A stretch of DNA of 63,851 nucleotides, counting the filler, from Folioceros fuciformis (Eukaryota), in assembly GCA_049999805.1 (NCBI GenBank). It is 3 parts of 2 records of this genome, joined end to end, with 100 filler letters (N's around TTAATTAATTAA, not from the genome) between each part and the next. Parts side by side here need not be neighbours in the genome. Positions count along the whole stretch, not along the records: positions 20,405 to 47,623 come from JBNGIO010006342.1; 2 more parts are not named here. The stretch is one strand, 5' to 3'. A program made the position numbers and the translations under genes. Of this stretch, positions 28,469 through 42,300 are shown in pieces. A model generated the notes under the pieces. It searched no databases. It saw nothing but the letters and a program-made list of their open reading frames with translations, and had not been told where the DNA came from. Each line of letters starts with the position of its first letter. The stretch's first letter is position 1.

Positions 28469-30338
28469 TGTGGAGACCACATGGTAGATAAGTCTCTTAG
28501 AAAAATGGTAGTATTTGTTTTTTTTTGAGTTTTGAGTGAATTCCTTGGAAAGATAATTAGGAAACTATGTTAGATAGGACTAGATTACATAGGCTGATCA
28601 GGAGATAGCGGTGGTGGAGTTCAGAAAGTGAACAGTCGTCTAGCTAACCCGTGCCCGTGGACAGGGGTGCCGACGTGTGTGGAACCCTAGGCTGGGAGTC
28701 TGAGTTGGGGCCTCGGGAGCGTGTGGAAGGCGGTTGGGCATAGGCATGGGGGTGGGGTGCTTAGACTTGCCGTAGCCTTGCCCAGGTGCGACGGGGGCTG
28801 AGGACCCTGAGAGCAGACGGCCACGCAGGAAGGGCCAAGGCTGTGGGTGCATCAGATCAGGGGGGAAAGCTAGGCAGCTAAGGAAGCGTGTGTGCGGTTA
28901 GGTTTGAGTGGAAGGGCTGGAGAGCCAGGAGAGCCGGCCGCCCCGGACTGGTTGGTCAGGGTGGATGGTGGCTGGTTAAGAGGATCCAGACGGGGGTGGA
29001 GCCGAAGCCCGGAGATGGCACCCGGCCAGGTGGGAGCGTCGACTATGGGCGGGCGGCCTAGAGGGTAGCCAGACCAGCGACGGGCCGATTGTTTGGCTAG
29101 CTATGCTGGACGGCAAGCCAAAGCTGGAACAGGGGGCGGTGTGGACCCTGTCGGATGTCTATAGGCAGGGCCAGCGCCGGTGCCGCGATCGGGGTGGCCG
29201 ACCTAGTCATGACGAACGGGCAGCAAGTGCAGAACGGCTGCCTGACCAGGCTCGGAAGGAGCAGGTAGACCGGGAGGCTGGCTGCCTGGCCACATCCCAG
29301 CGGCCAGACCTGACCAGCCAACCAGCGGGCTAGTTGGGCAGGTGGCTGGTTGTGGCGGCTGGTCATAGCTGGGCCAGACAGCTAAGGCGGCACTGGACTA
29401 GGAGCCAGACGGGGCTCTGACTAATTTAAGTCGAGCGGGCCAGCAGGCGGGGTTAGGCGATCCATGAGCCGGATCGACCCACAGGAGCAGCCCGGGAAAA
29501 AGGTAGGCAAGCCAACAAGCTTGCTGCCTGGACAGGACACGCATGGCAGGTGGTCGATCAGCCAGGGGCGGAGCTGGATCCGCCCGAGCTAGGTAGCTGA
29601 TCCTAGGGTCAGGCGGGGGGCTGGCTAGCAGGGGAGGCCCCAGTTGGGGGCAGGCCGGAGCGGATCAGGCAGACCGCCCAGCTTGCAAGGGCTAGCCGGG
29701 GTGGACCTGAGCCGGGCCGGAGCCAGGAGGTGGCCGAGGGCCGGTTGGCTCGCTGGCTAGCCGCTGAGGGGCCTAGCCAGCAGGCCAGCCCAGCCCAACA
29801 GCCGGCAGCCCAGCAGGCGGGTTGCCTGGCCAGGTCCAAGAGGGCAGGAGGCCTGGCATGTCGGTGGGCAAGCCAGCCGGAGAGTAGGCGGCCTGGATGG
29901 GCGTCTGGGCTAGCTAGGGCTGCTCATGACTGGTGCTAAGTAGCCTAGAGCGTAGAGGAGCAGCCAACCTGCAAGCTGGCTGGCAGGCCTGGCTGGGCGG
30001 ATCCACGCTGGTCGGGACCGGGGCTGGTTCCGGAGGTTGGCAAGCGGCCAGTAGCAGCCGGGTCCTGGCTGGTAGGGCGCTCTGGGGTATGGCAGACCAG
30101 GGCAGGATTGAAGCAGGCCGTGTCGGCGCGGGGGTAGGCTGGGTTTGGGCCGAGGTCCCGGGTGGATCCGATCGAATGTGTTAAACCCCATAGTTGATTA
30201 TAGTAACCACGGACGCTGGGTTACCTAGACTAGGGTTAGACATGTTACTTAGGGTTTAGTATTTAAGACCAACACTTTGTAATCATATATACATTATTCA
30301 TTATTCAAGTTTGTTGTTCTCTCAAAGCAATATTGTCA

Positions 30339-30350
30339 TGGTATCAGAGC
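30339..30350 (+). promoter_or_regulatory. Primer-binding site complementary to the initiator tRNA-Met 3' end
   Basis: TGGTATCAGAGC immediately follows the 5' LTR. Confidence 0.93.
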
Positions 30351-32184
30351 GTGGTATGATCTATCTTCCGCTGCATTGGTAAGAGAGACATGCATACATT
30401 TCCTACGTTGGAAAATGCCTCGCCGCAATAGGAACCGTGTGCCCGCGAACATGAGCTTCTTCAATTTTATCACTGATAGATATATCAGAGAGAGGGATCG
30501 CCAAAGGCGCACAAGCCGACTATCACGATCACCTTCTTTGAATAGAACTCCTGCTCGGCCATAGGTCCCACGGCGCAATCGGCCTTCTACACCTCTGGAT
30601 TACCCTGCCATAATTAACAGGTTTAGGGTATCACAGGATAGAAGGAATTCACAAACAAAGGAGGGCTGTGAGCAACCTTACAGCCAAGTCAATCAAGCAG
30701 AGGAGGCATCCCGGCGATTTCTGCTTAATAAGATTTATGACGAACCTGTTATTATCTTAGGAGATTTGCAAGTGTTGCTGTTTCGACACACAACTCGTAA
30801 TCAGGCACTTACGGGACAAATCTTCCTGGAAATCAATGCCATTAAACAACAATTGGATGCCCTGGTGAAGCAGTTTAGCGAGAATTTGGAATTGTGCGAT
30901 GGCCCCATAGTTGATGGGCATTGCCACACGATCTTGTGAATTTTAGCGGGCATTGCCCGCCCTCCCTTCCCGGCAATTTTCTGATAAATTTGCAAGAAGG
31001 GATGGGAGATTCCAAGAGTCGTGNNNNNNNNNNNNNNNNNNNNNNNNNNNNNNNNNNNNNNNNNNNNNNNNNNNNNNNNNNNNNNNNNNNNNNNNNNNNN
31101 NNNNNNNNNNNNNNNNNNNNNNNCTTTTACCTTCTCGCGACCGTCAGGCGAATAGAACCAGAATTATGCTTCAACTTCCTTGCGGCAGGGCTCGTTCTGC
31201 TTACCCTGGAGCACCAACACGCCAGACAGGAGAGGCAGAATTTGTGCACAAGGCCAAGCTTTGATCGTTGCCCAAGGATTATTTTATGCACACAAACGGT
31301 ATTGCACGCAGGATCGGCCACGATTTGTCAATCAGCATAAGGAGCCGGTTTATTTTCTAGTTGAATCCCGGAAGACTTGCTCACAAATGTCAGGGGGTAT
31401 TGCGCGGGCATCCAAGCCAGGATCTGCTGCACGACGGGATCAGCCACCATAGGCGCATGACGCATACAGGATCTGGGGGTGCCGCCCGGTCAGATCAGCC
31501 GTACGGACACGGCAGAACGGCCATACAGTGTTGCAAATCTGGATCAGGATCACGGTGCACNNNNNNNNNNNNNNNNNNNNNNNNNNNNNNNNNNNNNNNN
31601 NNNNNNNNNNNNNNNNNNNNNNNNNNNNNNNNNNNNNNNNNNNNNNNNNNNNNNNNNNNNGCCTCCCATCTCAGGCCTCCCAGCACGGCAGGCTCCACAT
31701 CACGGATGCGCGGCCAGATTTCCTGCCCCACGGCGCTTGCGTCATCACGGCGGGATCTGCTGCATTGGTGCGCGAGGCAAGGGGTGCTTGCAGGAACATC
31801 AACCCCAAGCCACAGCCTGCACTACCAATCCCGGCCCGGTCACGGGACCAGCCGCACGGCAGGCTCTGCTGTCTCACGGCGCGCCCGGCAGCATCCGTGC
31901 GCGGAGGGTGGACCATCCACCGGTAGGATCTGCGGCCACACGGCACGCACGGCAGGATCCCTGTCCGGAGGGAGGACCAGCCATCCCGGCCATTTTCATT
32001 TCCCTTAACTGTTTACTTACTTTTCCATGGCTGGGACTTCTGGTAGCCAGGCTTCCGATGGCGAGGACATCAGCGCTGACCCTGAATTTCAGGCAGGGGG
32101 CCAAGCCATGGACATGGGTGCTGCCCCCAGAGTTGGTGGATCGGCACCCGGCTCTCCTTCCCAGCCGTTTTTGGCCAGACAGCT

Positions 32185-33457
32185 TGTGGACTCCACATGC
32201 TGAATAGGTTCTTGGAAAATGGTTATATTAGATTAGTAGCTAGATTAATGGTGAGGCGAGACGCGTCTTTGAAGGGTTGCTGGAATGATCTGAGAGAAGG
32301 GATGGAATGATTTGAGAGAGGAGGGAGAGTGTTGAGAGGTACTGACCATTTTGGTAGTCTTGAGAGGTTGGTCAATTTTGGTAAGGGCACCTAGTGGTGT
32401 CCATGGGACACAATCCTTATTAGGTCAGAACTAGGTTTGGGTCAAAGTTATGGTTAGGTCAGAGTTAGGTTTAGGTCAAAATTAGGGGCGGCTTAGGTCA
32501 GAGAGAGATTGCTGGGTGGTTGACTGAGGCTAACCCTAATAGATAGAGATGGAGGTTTGGGCCAAGGTAGTATAAGAGGCTAGACCTGCCATTGAGGAGG
32601 GGGCTGTCTACGGTGTGATTTCCCTGGACCTTGGGTGCAGAACTCCTGGCTTAGGGCGCTGAGCTAGTTGAGACTAAACCAAGGTTCTGATTTCCCTTGC
32701 CACTAGGGGAACGTGGAGGATCCCAAGACTACCAAGATTCGTGTGGCCGGATCCGCAATGGCTGACCACCTTGCATGCTGGCTGAGGTGAGGTTGCAGGG
32801 CCGTGAGCCAAGGAGGCTACCCAGCCCTAGGCCTCGCCTCTGCCTTGAAGGCTGCAAGAGAGAAGGCTGTTGTGTTCCAAATTGCAGGAGGGAAGGGTTG
32901 AGTTGCAGATTTTGGAAGTGGAAGTGTTGAAGTGAGGAGTTGAGGTGAAGTGTGGGGCTGGAGGGTGAAGTGAAGTGCTGATGTGAAGGACTGAAGTGCT
33001 GAAGTGAAGGACTGAAATGCCGGGGTGAAGTGCTGAAGTGGTGGAATGAAGTGTTGAAGCTAGAGTGAGGAGCTAGCTGAAGTTGAGGTTCTCGTTCAGT
33101 TGCGGAGGTAGCTAGCACTAGGTGCTGAGAGTTTGAGGCCAAACTTGGGGCTGGAGCCTCCTCTTAGCACTAAAGTGATTGATACTTGGAGCTGGAAGCG
33201 AGGGCTGAAGACAATGCTGGAGTTCTCATTTTGTTGAGGCTGGGGTTGGTGTTGAGGTAGGAGTTGAAGACATGACCAAGAATTCTAACCTATTGCTGTA
33301 GCACTTAGTATATGTTGATAGATAGGGTGAGATTATGGAGATGTAGGTAACCTTGACATTAGTTCACTCCCTTGGGAGCGAATCATAAGACTACCACGAT
33401 AATAAGGGGAACTGTGGCCCCTTGGTGGTTCTTGGGTGTGCAAGAAATCACTCTACA
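32185..33457 (+). mobile_element. Solo LTR, family X copy 3 (short form, 1.27 kb), inserted in the gag 5' region of copia A
   Basis: TGTGGACTCCACATG...ATCACTCTACA, with TSD CAGCT/TAGCT. Its 3' ~1.1 kb aligns by eye with copies 1 and 2. TATA-like at 32571. Confidence 0.82.
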
Positions 33458-34099
33458 TAGCTTTTGGCTCTTTCCTGTCGCAAGGAAACCCAACAACAAC
33501 ATCAACACCAGGATGGACCTCCGCAGGCAATCTCTCTAATTTTGCACCTGGACCCTTCTCACTAGGGTCAGGAGGAGGCACAGGATCAAACTTTACCTTC
33601 ACTGGAGCTGGAGCAGGATTTTCTTCAACACAAGCATCGGGCTCAACCTACCCAAGTTTCCCCCAAGCACGGTATTACAACCCACTGCCAAGCTATGGAG
33701 CTGGACTTGGCAGGAGCTGGATTCGCCAACCCACTGCCGACACTTGGAGCTGGATTTGGGAATCCTGTGAGTGGATACGGAACTAGGCTTGGTCAAGGAA
33801 CCGGTTTTATGCAAGGATCATCGCAGTCACAACAGCCTGGTTTAGGTACAGTGCTTACAAATCCTGTACAAACACTGCCAATGGCCTATCAGCCTTCCTA
33901 CACAATTGAGTTTAAGGAGCGGGATAGGTTTAACGGGACTAAATATCCTGTTTGGAGTGTTCGCATGCGCGCTGCACTAGATGCACGGCATGTGTAGGAA
34001 GTTGTTAGTGGACAGCTTCAGCAACCCCCAACTACTGCTTCACAACTTGCTCAGGAGCGGTGGGAGAATGCCAATAAAGTAGCCCGAGCCCTCCTCAAT

Positions 34100-37000
34100 T
34101 TTAGCCCGAGCCCCAGAGTCCAGGTACAACCCTCGAGCTAGGAGGAAGGCCCGTTCGGTCTCACCGAAGCGGAAGCCATATAGAGTCATGGCGAATCCAC
34201 CACCACCTGCAGCAACAGTGACAAACATAAGGTTAGATTTCAAGGATCGAGATCGTTTCGACGGCTCCGGCTACGATGTCTGGATGCAGCGTGTGAAGAT
34301 TCTTCTCCAACTTGAGGACTTGTGGGATGTGGCTTCTGGCGCAACCGCCAAGCCTGCTGCCGCAACGTCAGCCCCCGATGTCATCGCCAAGTGGGAGAAG
34401 ATCGACCTGCGTGCACGAGCTTTGCTTCAGTCCGCGCTGGACAGCTCAATGATGCACCATGTCGACGACGCCGAGTCCACAGCTCAAGCTTGGGCGTCCC
34501 TCCATCAGGTCTTCACAACAACGAATTCCACATCGCTTGTTTAAGCCAGCCGTCTTTTCTGGAATTTGCACATGAAGGAGACACAATCGGTTGAACAACA
34601 TATCCAGCAGTTTCGCCATTTGAGGCAACGGCTGGTGTCGGCCGACACAAAGGTCTCGGAGCTCCAAGCTGCCGTTGCTCTCCTCATGTCTCTACCATAA
34701 CATTTCAGAACCTTTGTAAGTACTCAAATTGCAACCTTGCGAGCAGTAGCAGTAGCGCCTGCAGGCACAGTGACAATCACATTGTCAGAAATCATCGGGG
34801 CATTGCTGGAGAAGGAGTCCTCTCACAAATCAACTCGAGAAGCGTCTCCATCCTCCGGCAACAGCAACAATCGAGTCCTTTTTGCCGCAAGGGGGAGAGG
34901 GCGAGGCCGTTTTCAAGCCGGCCGACCACCTTGGCAATCCAAGAAGCCAGCAGATAATAGAAGCTGGGGGAGCTCACCTTCGACAACGAAGAAAGGTAGC
35001 TGTAATTGGTGTCTTTTCCCTGGACACCACGAACACGAATGTCGCAAGAAGAAGGCGGGAGAACCTTTCCGGACAGCACCTCCAGAAGCTCATGCTGCTA
35101 CCAAGGCTCGGGGCCCATCCATCCTTGCAGTGTACCTGGTGCATGCGGTTGGCGACAAGCATGCCTTGTACCTGGACTCTGGGGCGTCTGCTCACATTTG
35201 CAACACCAAGTCTGCATTCGTCTCTTACAAGCAAGGCCCGGCACGATAGTACGTGCTTTTGGGAGACGACAGCGGCTTGAAGACCGAAGGTTCAGGTGCG
35301 GTCGAGGTCACACTCAACAATGGCGCCGTTCTAACTTTGGATGACGTGCTGTACGTTCCACAGATGGCGAAGAACCTTGTGTCAGTCCGCCAACTCTGTA
35401 AGTTGCACAAGTTTAGAGTGTGCTTTCAGGCTGAGGCCTACATTGTAAGTGACGAAGGGGGAGATGGCAGTCCTATTGCTCTAGGCTCACCTGTTCACGA
35501 TTTGTACAAGCTGGACATCACTCTTCGGAGATTGAATGAAGGGGAGTCAAGTGCACGAGCTGCCATCTCGAGGAGAATCTCTGCATCTGATGAAGCTTTC
35601 CTATGGCATTGGCAACTTGGGCACACAAATTTTCAACAACTCAAAAGCATAGCTAACTCGGAACTGTACAAAGATAAACTAGATCTGTCAGTCCCAGATG
35701 ATGTCTTTTGTGAATCTTGTATGTATGGCAAGCATCATAAGCTGCCGCATGACAATAAGGATGCCACATGAGCTACACAGCTCCTAGAAGTCGTACATAC
35801 TGACCTATGTGGCCCCATGTCCACCACTTCGTTTGGTGGGGCCAAGTATTTCATGGTCATTGTAGATGATTGGAGTCGTTATACCCTGGCATATTTTTTG
35901 TCACATAAAAGTCAGGCGTTAGACATGTTTGTCAGGTACATACAGTATGCGGAGCGTTTTACAAGCCATAAACTGAAGAGCCTGAGAAGTGATAACGCTA
36001 GTGAGCTGGCCCTTGGCGATTTCAAGGCATATTGTGAGAAGGAAGGCATAGCAAGGCAGTTTACGGTGGCTTACTCTTCTGACCAAAACCCCCTCTCAGA
36101 GAGAAAGAATCGGTACATACAAGAGGGTGCTAAGACGATGCTCCATCAGGCCCAGTTGTCTCGAGGATACTGGGCAGAGGCAGTCTCAGCTGTGACCTAC
36201 ATCCAGAACAGACTACCAACATCAGCATTCACTGGAGAGACACCTTATCAACGTTGGATAGGTCACAAGCCCCGAATAGCTCACCTCCGTGTTTTCGGCT
36301 CACCAGTGTATATCCATGTCCCCACACAGACTAGGCGGAAGATGGACTACAAGGCACGCAAACTGTTGTTTGTGGGTTACACGAAGGGCATTAAGGGATA
36401 TAAAGTCTTCGATCCGACAACTCGGAAGACAAGCTACTCTCGGCACGTCATATTTGACGAACACTATGTTCTGGATTCAAGCTCCAAGACGTCCAAGAAC
36501 AATAATTCACAGAGTAGCTCGCCAGATAGTGAAGCTACAAATTTGTTGTTTAGCAGTAGTAGTACAAGTAGCATGCCTAGCAATGTTCAGAACAATAGTC
36601 AGCTTTCATCTGACAGTGACAGTGATAGTGACTCTCACAGCTATGACGGGGATCATGAACCTGCTAACACAACCAATGCAAAGGCAGGCGTTCACAGAGA
36701 GACTGACTTACTCCCGGAGACGTCAGCTTTTTCGAGGAGGACAGCGATAATGAGGGTGGTGTGGTTGCAGTTGAGGAGCCTGTTCCCTTTCCAGCTGCAG
36801 TGGGAGCACCAAGACGGTCTGCTAGGTATCACACTACCTCTCCAGCTGACTGGAAGGAGCCCCCACTGTCACCAACATTCTCCCGGCCTGCTGTCAAACG
36901 GGGGAGAAAGGAGCCATCAGTTTTGCCAGCAGTCGAAGAAGTACACGTCGAAGTCTTACCTGCTGTAGAAGACGAAGGACATGAAGGTATGCCTGTAGTG

Positions 37001-39327
37001 GAGGAGCCCACCCAGCCTGCAGCGAACGTGTCCCACAGAGCTCTCCTGGCGCAAGCGTTGATGGCTGCACAAGATTTGGGTGAACCCGCGTCCTACCGGG
37101 AAGCTTTGACTTCAAAGGAGCACAAAGAGTGGCAGGCTGCTATTGATTCAGAGTATCAGTCTTTGATCGACAACCATACTTGGCAGCTGCGCCCTCTTCC
37201 TCCAGGCAGACAACCCATGACTTGCAAATGGGTCTTCAAGCGGAAACTCCATCCTGATGGGAGCACAGCTCGCTTCAAAGCAAGGTTAGTGGTGCGAGGG
37301 TTCTCACAACGAGAAGGCCTCGATTATAATGAGATCTTCTCTCCAGTTGTGAAGTCTACCTCTGTAAGGGCACTGCTGGCTGTTGCTGCACAAATGAAGA
37401 TGCAAGTGCACCAAATGGATGTACAAACCGCCTTTCTAAATGGTACCTTGGAAGAAGAAGTTTACATGGAGCAGCCGGAGGGCTACGTCAGTAAGTCCCA
37501 TCCGAATCACTTCTGCAAGCTACAGAAGACGTTGTATGGCCTGAAGCAGTCTCCAAGAGCCTGGTACAATCGCATCCATCAATACTTAATCAAGTCAGGT
37601 TTTGTACAATCACCAATAGATGGCAATGTTTATATTTTGAGAGAAGGGGATGCGGTGGTGTACCTCGCTCTCTATGTTGATGACACGCTAATTTTTGCAA
37701 GTGCACCAAAGATCATGCAGAAAGTGAAGGACATCCTGTCCTCACAATTCAAAATGACTGACCTGGGCATGGTCAAGTTTTTCCTGGGAGTGCAAGCAAT
37801 CGTCAACCTGGTTGACTCGAGTATCTTTATCCACCAGGAGCATTATGTGTACAGGCTCCTGGAAAAGTTCGGCATGAAGGACCGCAAGCCTGTAAGTACA
37901 CCTCTCGCAGTGGGAGATTTTTTCTCGGTGGACCAAGCACCTACTACAGACAAGGAGAGGCAAGAGATGTTAGGCATTCCCTACGGCAAACTAGCAGGAT
38001 GCCTAGATTGGCTGAGTGGCTGGACGAGACCGGATCTTGCTCTGTCTTCTCACAACATTTCGAAGTATATATCTAACCCTGGACAGCAGCACTGGTCGAA
38101 GGCAAAGAGAGCTTTGAGATACCTGAAATTGCATCTGAAGCTCGGCCTTCTGTACAAGCATCAGCCAGGCAAGATACCTCCTACTTTAGCCTGCTTTACT
38201 GATGCGGACTGGGCAGGAGATAAGGATACTCGCAAGTCGGTCACGGCTTACTATGTGATTTTGAGTGGGAGCACCATCTCCTGGACCTGTAAAAGGCAGC
38301 AAATTGTTGCTCTGTCCTCCACTGAGGCAGAGTACATAGCAGCGACATCGGCCACACAGGAAGTGCTGCATGCAAGAGCTTTGCTGGACTCCATCGGGAT
38401 GACACAACCTGAGCCGACGACCATATTCTGTGACAATCAGTCCACCATCGCGTTGTCTCGGAATCCGGTCATGCACACACGCACGAGGCACATAGATGTT
38501 AGGTTTCATTTCATACGGCAAGCAATAGCAAATAGGCATATCCACCTAGAGTACGTCCCCACAGATGACAACATAGTGGACATATTTACAAAGCCACTTT
38601 CACGAGATAAGCACGACAAGCACTGCACCAGCCTTGGCCTCATAGACAAACCAATTACTGGTCAGGGCGGCACCTCACTAGGGTAGCTGCACAAAAGGAT
38701 GGGTGCATGCTGTTTGTTTTGCAGGAAATTCAAGCTCACTCAGGATCCTCGCGGAACCATGGAGAGTAACGAAGTGCCAAGCTGCCATTCCGGCCGATCT
38801 CTGCCTGCTCCAACAACATGTTCAACTCTGGACATCGAGAAAACTTTGGAAGGCGCTATAAGCCTTCAAGGCAATCTGAAGAAGGACGGTGGCGGCGTGA
38901 TGCGGAGCACACTCTCTCGAGCTTAGCAATGATTCCAGCGACAAGCAAAAGGCAGGCCATCCAGATCCAAACCGGAGACATCTGGCCAAGATTCATGTTT
39001 CCTGCCGGAGGCTGGCGGCGGGCGCAAAGTGTCGAGCAAGTGGGAGTGTTAGAAAAGGGCTGTGCCCTAATTACTTTAATACTCAAACACTTATGCTAGT
39101 TAGGGTTTTACATATTTAGATACGAAATGCTACCCTAGCTATATGGGCAGAAGGCCAACGACCAACTGCTAGGTAACGGCTAACTGCCGTACCGACCTCC
39201 TGTTCGCGCGACCACAAAGGCCGACGGACACAACATAATTCACAATCTTTTTTCTCACGCACGTCTCGCTCCTATTCGGCCGATCTTAGTCCATGTCTTG
39301 ATACTTTGATTTCCCTTGTTTTTCCCA
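34100..39327 (+). mobile_element. Ty1/copia retrotransposon B nested in the gag of element A; 5' LTR missing
   Basis: gag from 34188 (DRFDGSGYDVW, CNWCLFPGHHEHEC), PR YLDSGASAH, WHWQLGH, integrase, RT YVDD and RNase H ending at 38686. Three in-frame stops and a frameshift near 36750. PPT at 39038-39046 and putative 3' LTR at 39047-39327 (TG...CA), after which A's gag resumes (ELDAVV*LLTSLPPSY). Confidence 0.9.
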
Positions 39328-42300
39328 TGCCTGAGCTTGATGCTGTAGTATAGCTTTTGACTAGCCTTCCACCTAGCTACCAGTCTTTCGTAACTAGCTA
39401 TGGTGCCACACTTCGTGATGCTGGTAAGGCTGCAACAGCAGGTCAGCCAGTGATGATTAGCTTTGCCGATGTGGTTGGAGCTCTCTTTCAGGAAGAGCAG
39501 TCTCGCAACACATCGCACTTTAATTCTGGCAGGACCAAAACTGACAAGGTTCTCTCTACATCCAAGTTCCGCCCCAAAGGCCGTGGCAAGCTTCCTACAG
39601 CTGGCCCTTCTAAGGATTCCAAGTCATGACAGGTCAAGAGGACAGATGCCTGTAATTGGTGCGGATCCCTTAGTCATTGGGAACGAGAATGTAGAAAGAA
39701 AAAGGCCGGAGAACCTAAGAAAGCCGAGAAGACTCCTCAAGCTCATTCAGTCTCCAAGCCTTCTAAGGTCAGCACCTCGGGCAAGCCTCTCGTTGTTATG
39801 ACAGTTTGTCTTTCCACTGCTTCCAGGGTGGATGACTTTTGGTATTTGGATTCCGGAGCAACAACACACATCTGTCACAACCGAACTTTGATGAGCAATT
39901 TTGTCCCATTGCACACTGCTGAACAGGTACTTTTGGGAGATGAGCTTACTAGAACAGGACTCAAGATTCTTGGACGCGGCTCCTGCTATTTTCAGCCATC
40001 TCATGGAGAGCTCCTTCGAATCGACAACGTCCTCTATGTGCCTAATATGGCCAAACACCTTTTGTCAGTAAGCCAGGTTATGCAGCTTAAATGTTTTCGG
40101 CTAACTTTTACTTCTGATGGATGCATGCTCACTACATCTGGTCCTTCACCTTCTCTGGTTGCTAAGGGCTTGCTAGAGCATGATTTATATAGGCTAGATA
40201 TGTCTTATGTACCTGCTAAGAGTGCCCGTGTGGCTGAGAGGTCTTAGGCAGCTTTAGCTCAGTTGTGGCATGCCCGTCTGGGCCATGCTCACAAAGATAA
40301 ACTTATTACAATGTCCAATTTAGAATGCTATAGAGAACCACTACCTAAGTGTTTTAAGGCCCTTCCCCTTTGTGATGCTTGCATAGTAGCCAAGCAGAAA
40401 GAACTTCCGTTTCCAAAAACTGTAGCTACACGCACTACGTCCGTCTTAGACCTAGTTCATGCAGATATCTCTAGGAAAATACATGTTCCTTCTTTAGGTG
40501 GTTCCCTCTATTACCTCACCCTTACGGATGACTTTAGCCGCTATTCTTGGACTTTTCCCATGAAGAAGAAGTCGGACACTTTTGTCTATTTTCAGGAATG
40601 GCTTACCACGGTTCAAAGACAGACAGGCTGCTCTCTAAAATGCTTGAGGTCGGACAATGGTACGGAGTTTGTGAATGGCCCTTTTGATGAGTATTTATCC
40701 AGCCAAGGGATCATTCGGCAACTTAGCGTTCCGTATACTCAGCAACAGAACGGTGTTGCTGAGCGCCGGAACCAGACTCTGCTCAGCATGACTCGGAGTA
40801 TGCTAGCTTGGTCCGGCTTGAGCAAGGCATATTGGGCAGAAGCAGTTGTGACTGCCACCTATATTCTCAACAGGTTGCTTACCACAGCTGTTCCTAATTG
40901 TACACCTTTCGAACGGATTTGGACACACAAGCCAAGCTTGCTTCATCTCCGAGTGTTCGGCTCCCTTGTCTATGCTTATATCCATGAGGAACAAAGGAAG
41001 AAGCTGGAAGATCGAGCTCAACCCCTTATTTTTGTTGGATATGGTGAGGAGACGAAGGCCTACAAGTTGTACGACCCTTCCACCAGATCTTNNNNNNNNN
41101 NNNNNNNNNNNNNNNNNNNNNNNNNNNNNNNNNNNNNNNNNNNNNNNNNNNNNNNNNNNNNNNNNNNNNNNNNNNNNNNNNNNNNNNNNNNCTCGGAGTG
41201 TCACCTTCAAGGAGCTCACTCAACCAGCTACAACCACTTCTGACCCTACTCCTCCTTTTGATGATGCGGACTTTGATGCCCCTCCCACAGAGTATCCTCA
41301 ATATGCTGCTTATGACCTGCCACCTCGCCCTCCTTTTGATCTTCATGCAGCTAGCAGTTCAGGGGGTGGATTTCCCGCATATGTGCAGATCGCACAGGCT
41401 CCTCCTACATCACAGACACAGGTTCCTGTGCAAGCACCTACACCATCGACTCCTGCACCCACAGCCATAGTTACTGCTGACTCTTTTCTGGACTTTCCTG
41501 AGCAGCAGGATGCAGAAGTTGAGCAGGATGACGAGTCTCAGTTTGACTCACAGCATGTGGACATCCATCTTGATGGTCCTGACTAGCTAGAAGATGAACC
41601 TGAGCTTGCAGCCCTTCCAGAGCCTGAGCCACAACCAGCTGAGGAGACACTTCCTGAACCTGTAGTCGAGGAACGGAGGTATCCTACAAGATCTCGTCCT
41701 GCACGAGACAACTGGAATGAAAGACCATATGAACTAGAGGATTTCCGTCTTCCTCGATCTGCAAGGCTATGTGAAGCCTTCTCTACAAGCACAGCTCATC
41801 CAGCAGATTCTCGTACATATCGAGAGGCCATTATTGGTCCGGACAAGCATCATTGGATCCCTTCAATTCAAGATGAATATAATTCATTAATTAAGAATGG
41901 GACATGGGAGCTATGTCCTTTACCAGCTGGGAGGAAACCAATGAGTTGCAAATGGGTTTTCAAACACAAGCTGAATGCTCAGGGAGAAATAGCCCGCTAC
42001 AAGTCACATTTGGTTGCTCGGGGTTTTTCTCAACTTGCAAGGGTAGACTTTAATGAGACATTCAGCCCTGTTGTCAAGACACAGACTATCAGGATGCTAC
42101 TCGCTCTTGCAGCTGCTAGAGATTGGGATCTCGAGCAGATGCACGTTTCAACCGCATTCTTGTATGGAGCACTTGAAGAAGACATATATATGGATCAGCC
42201 TGAAGGATTCGTGGACGCTGAACATTCAGATTGGGTCTGCAAATTAAACAAGACCATATACGGCTTGAAGCAAAGTGCCCGTGAGTGGTACAAATGTATT

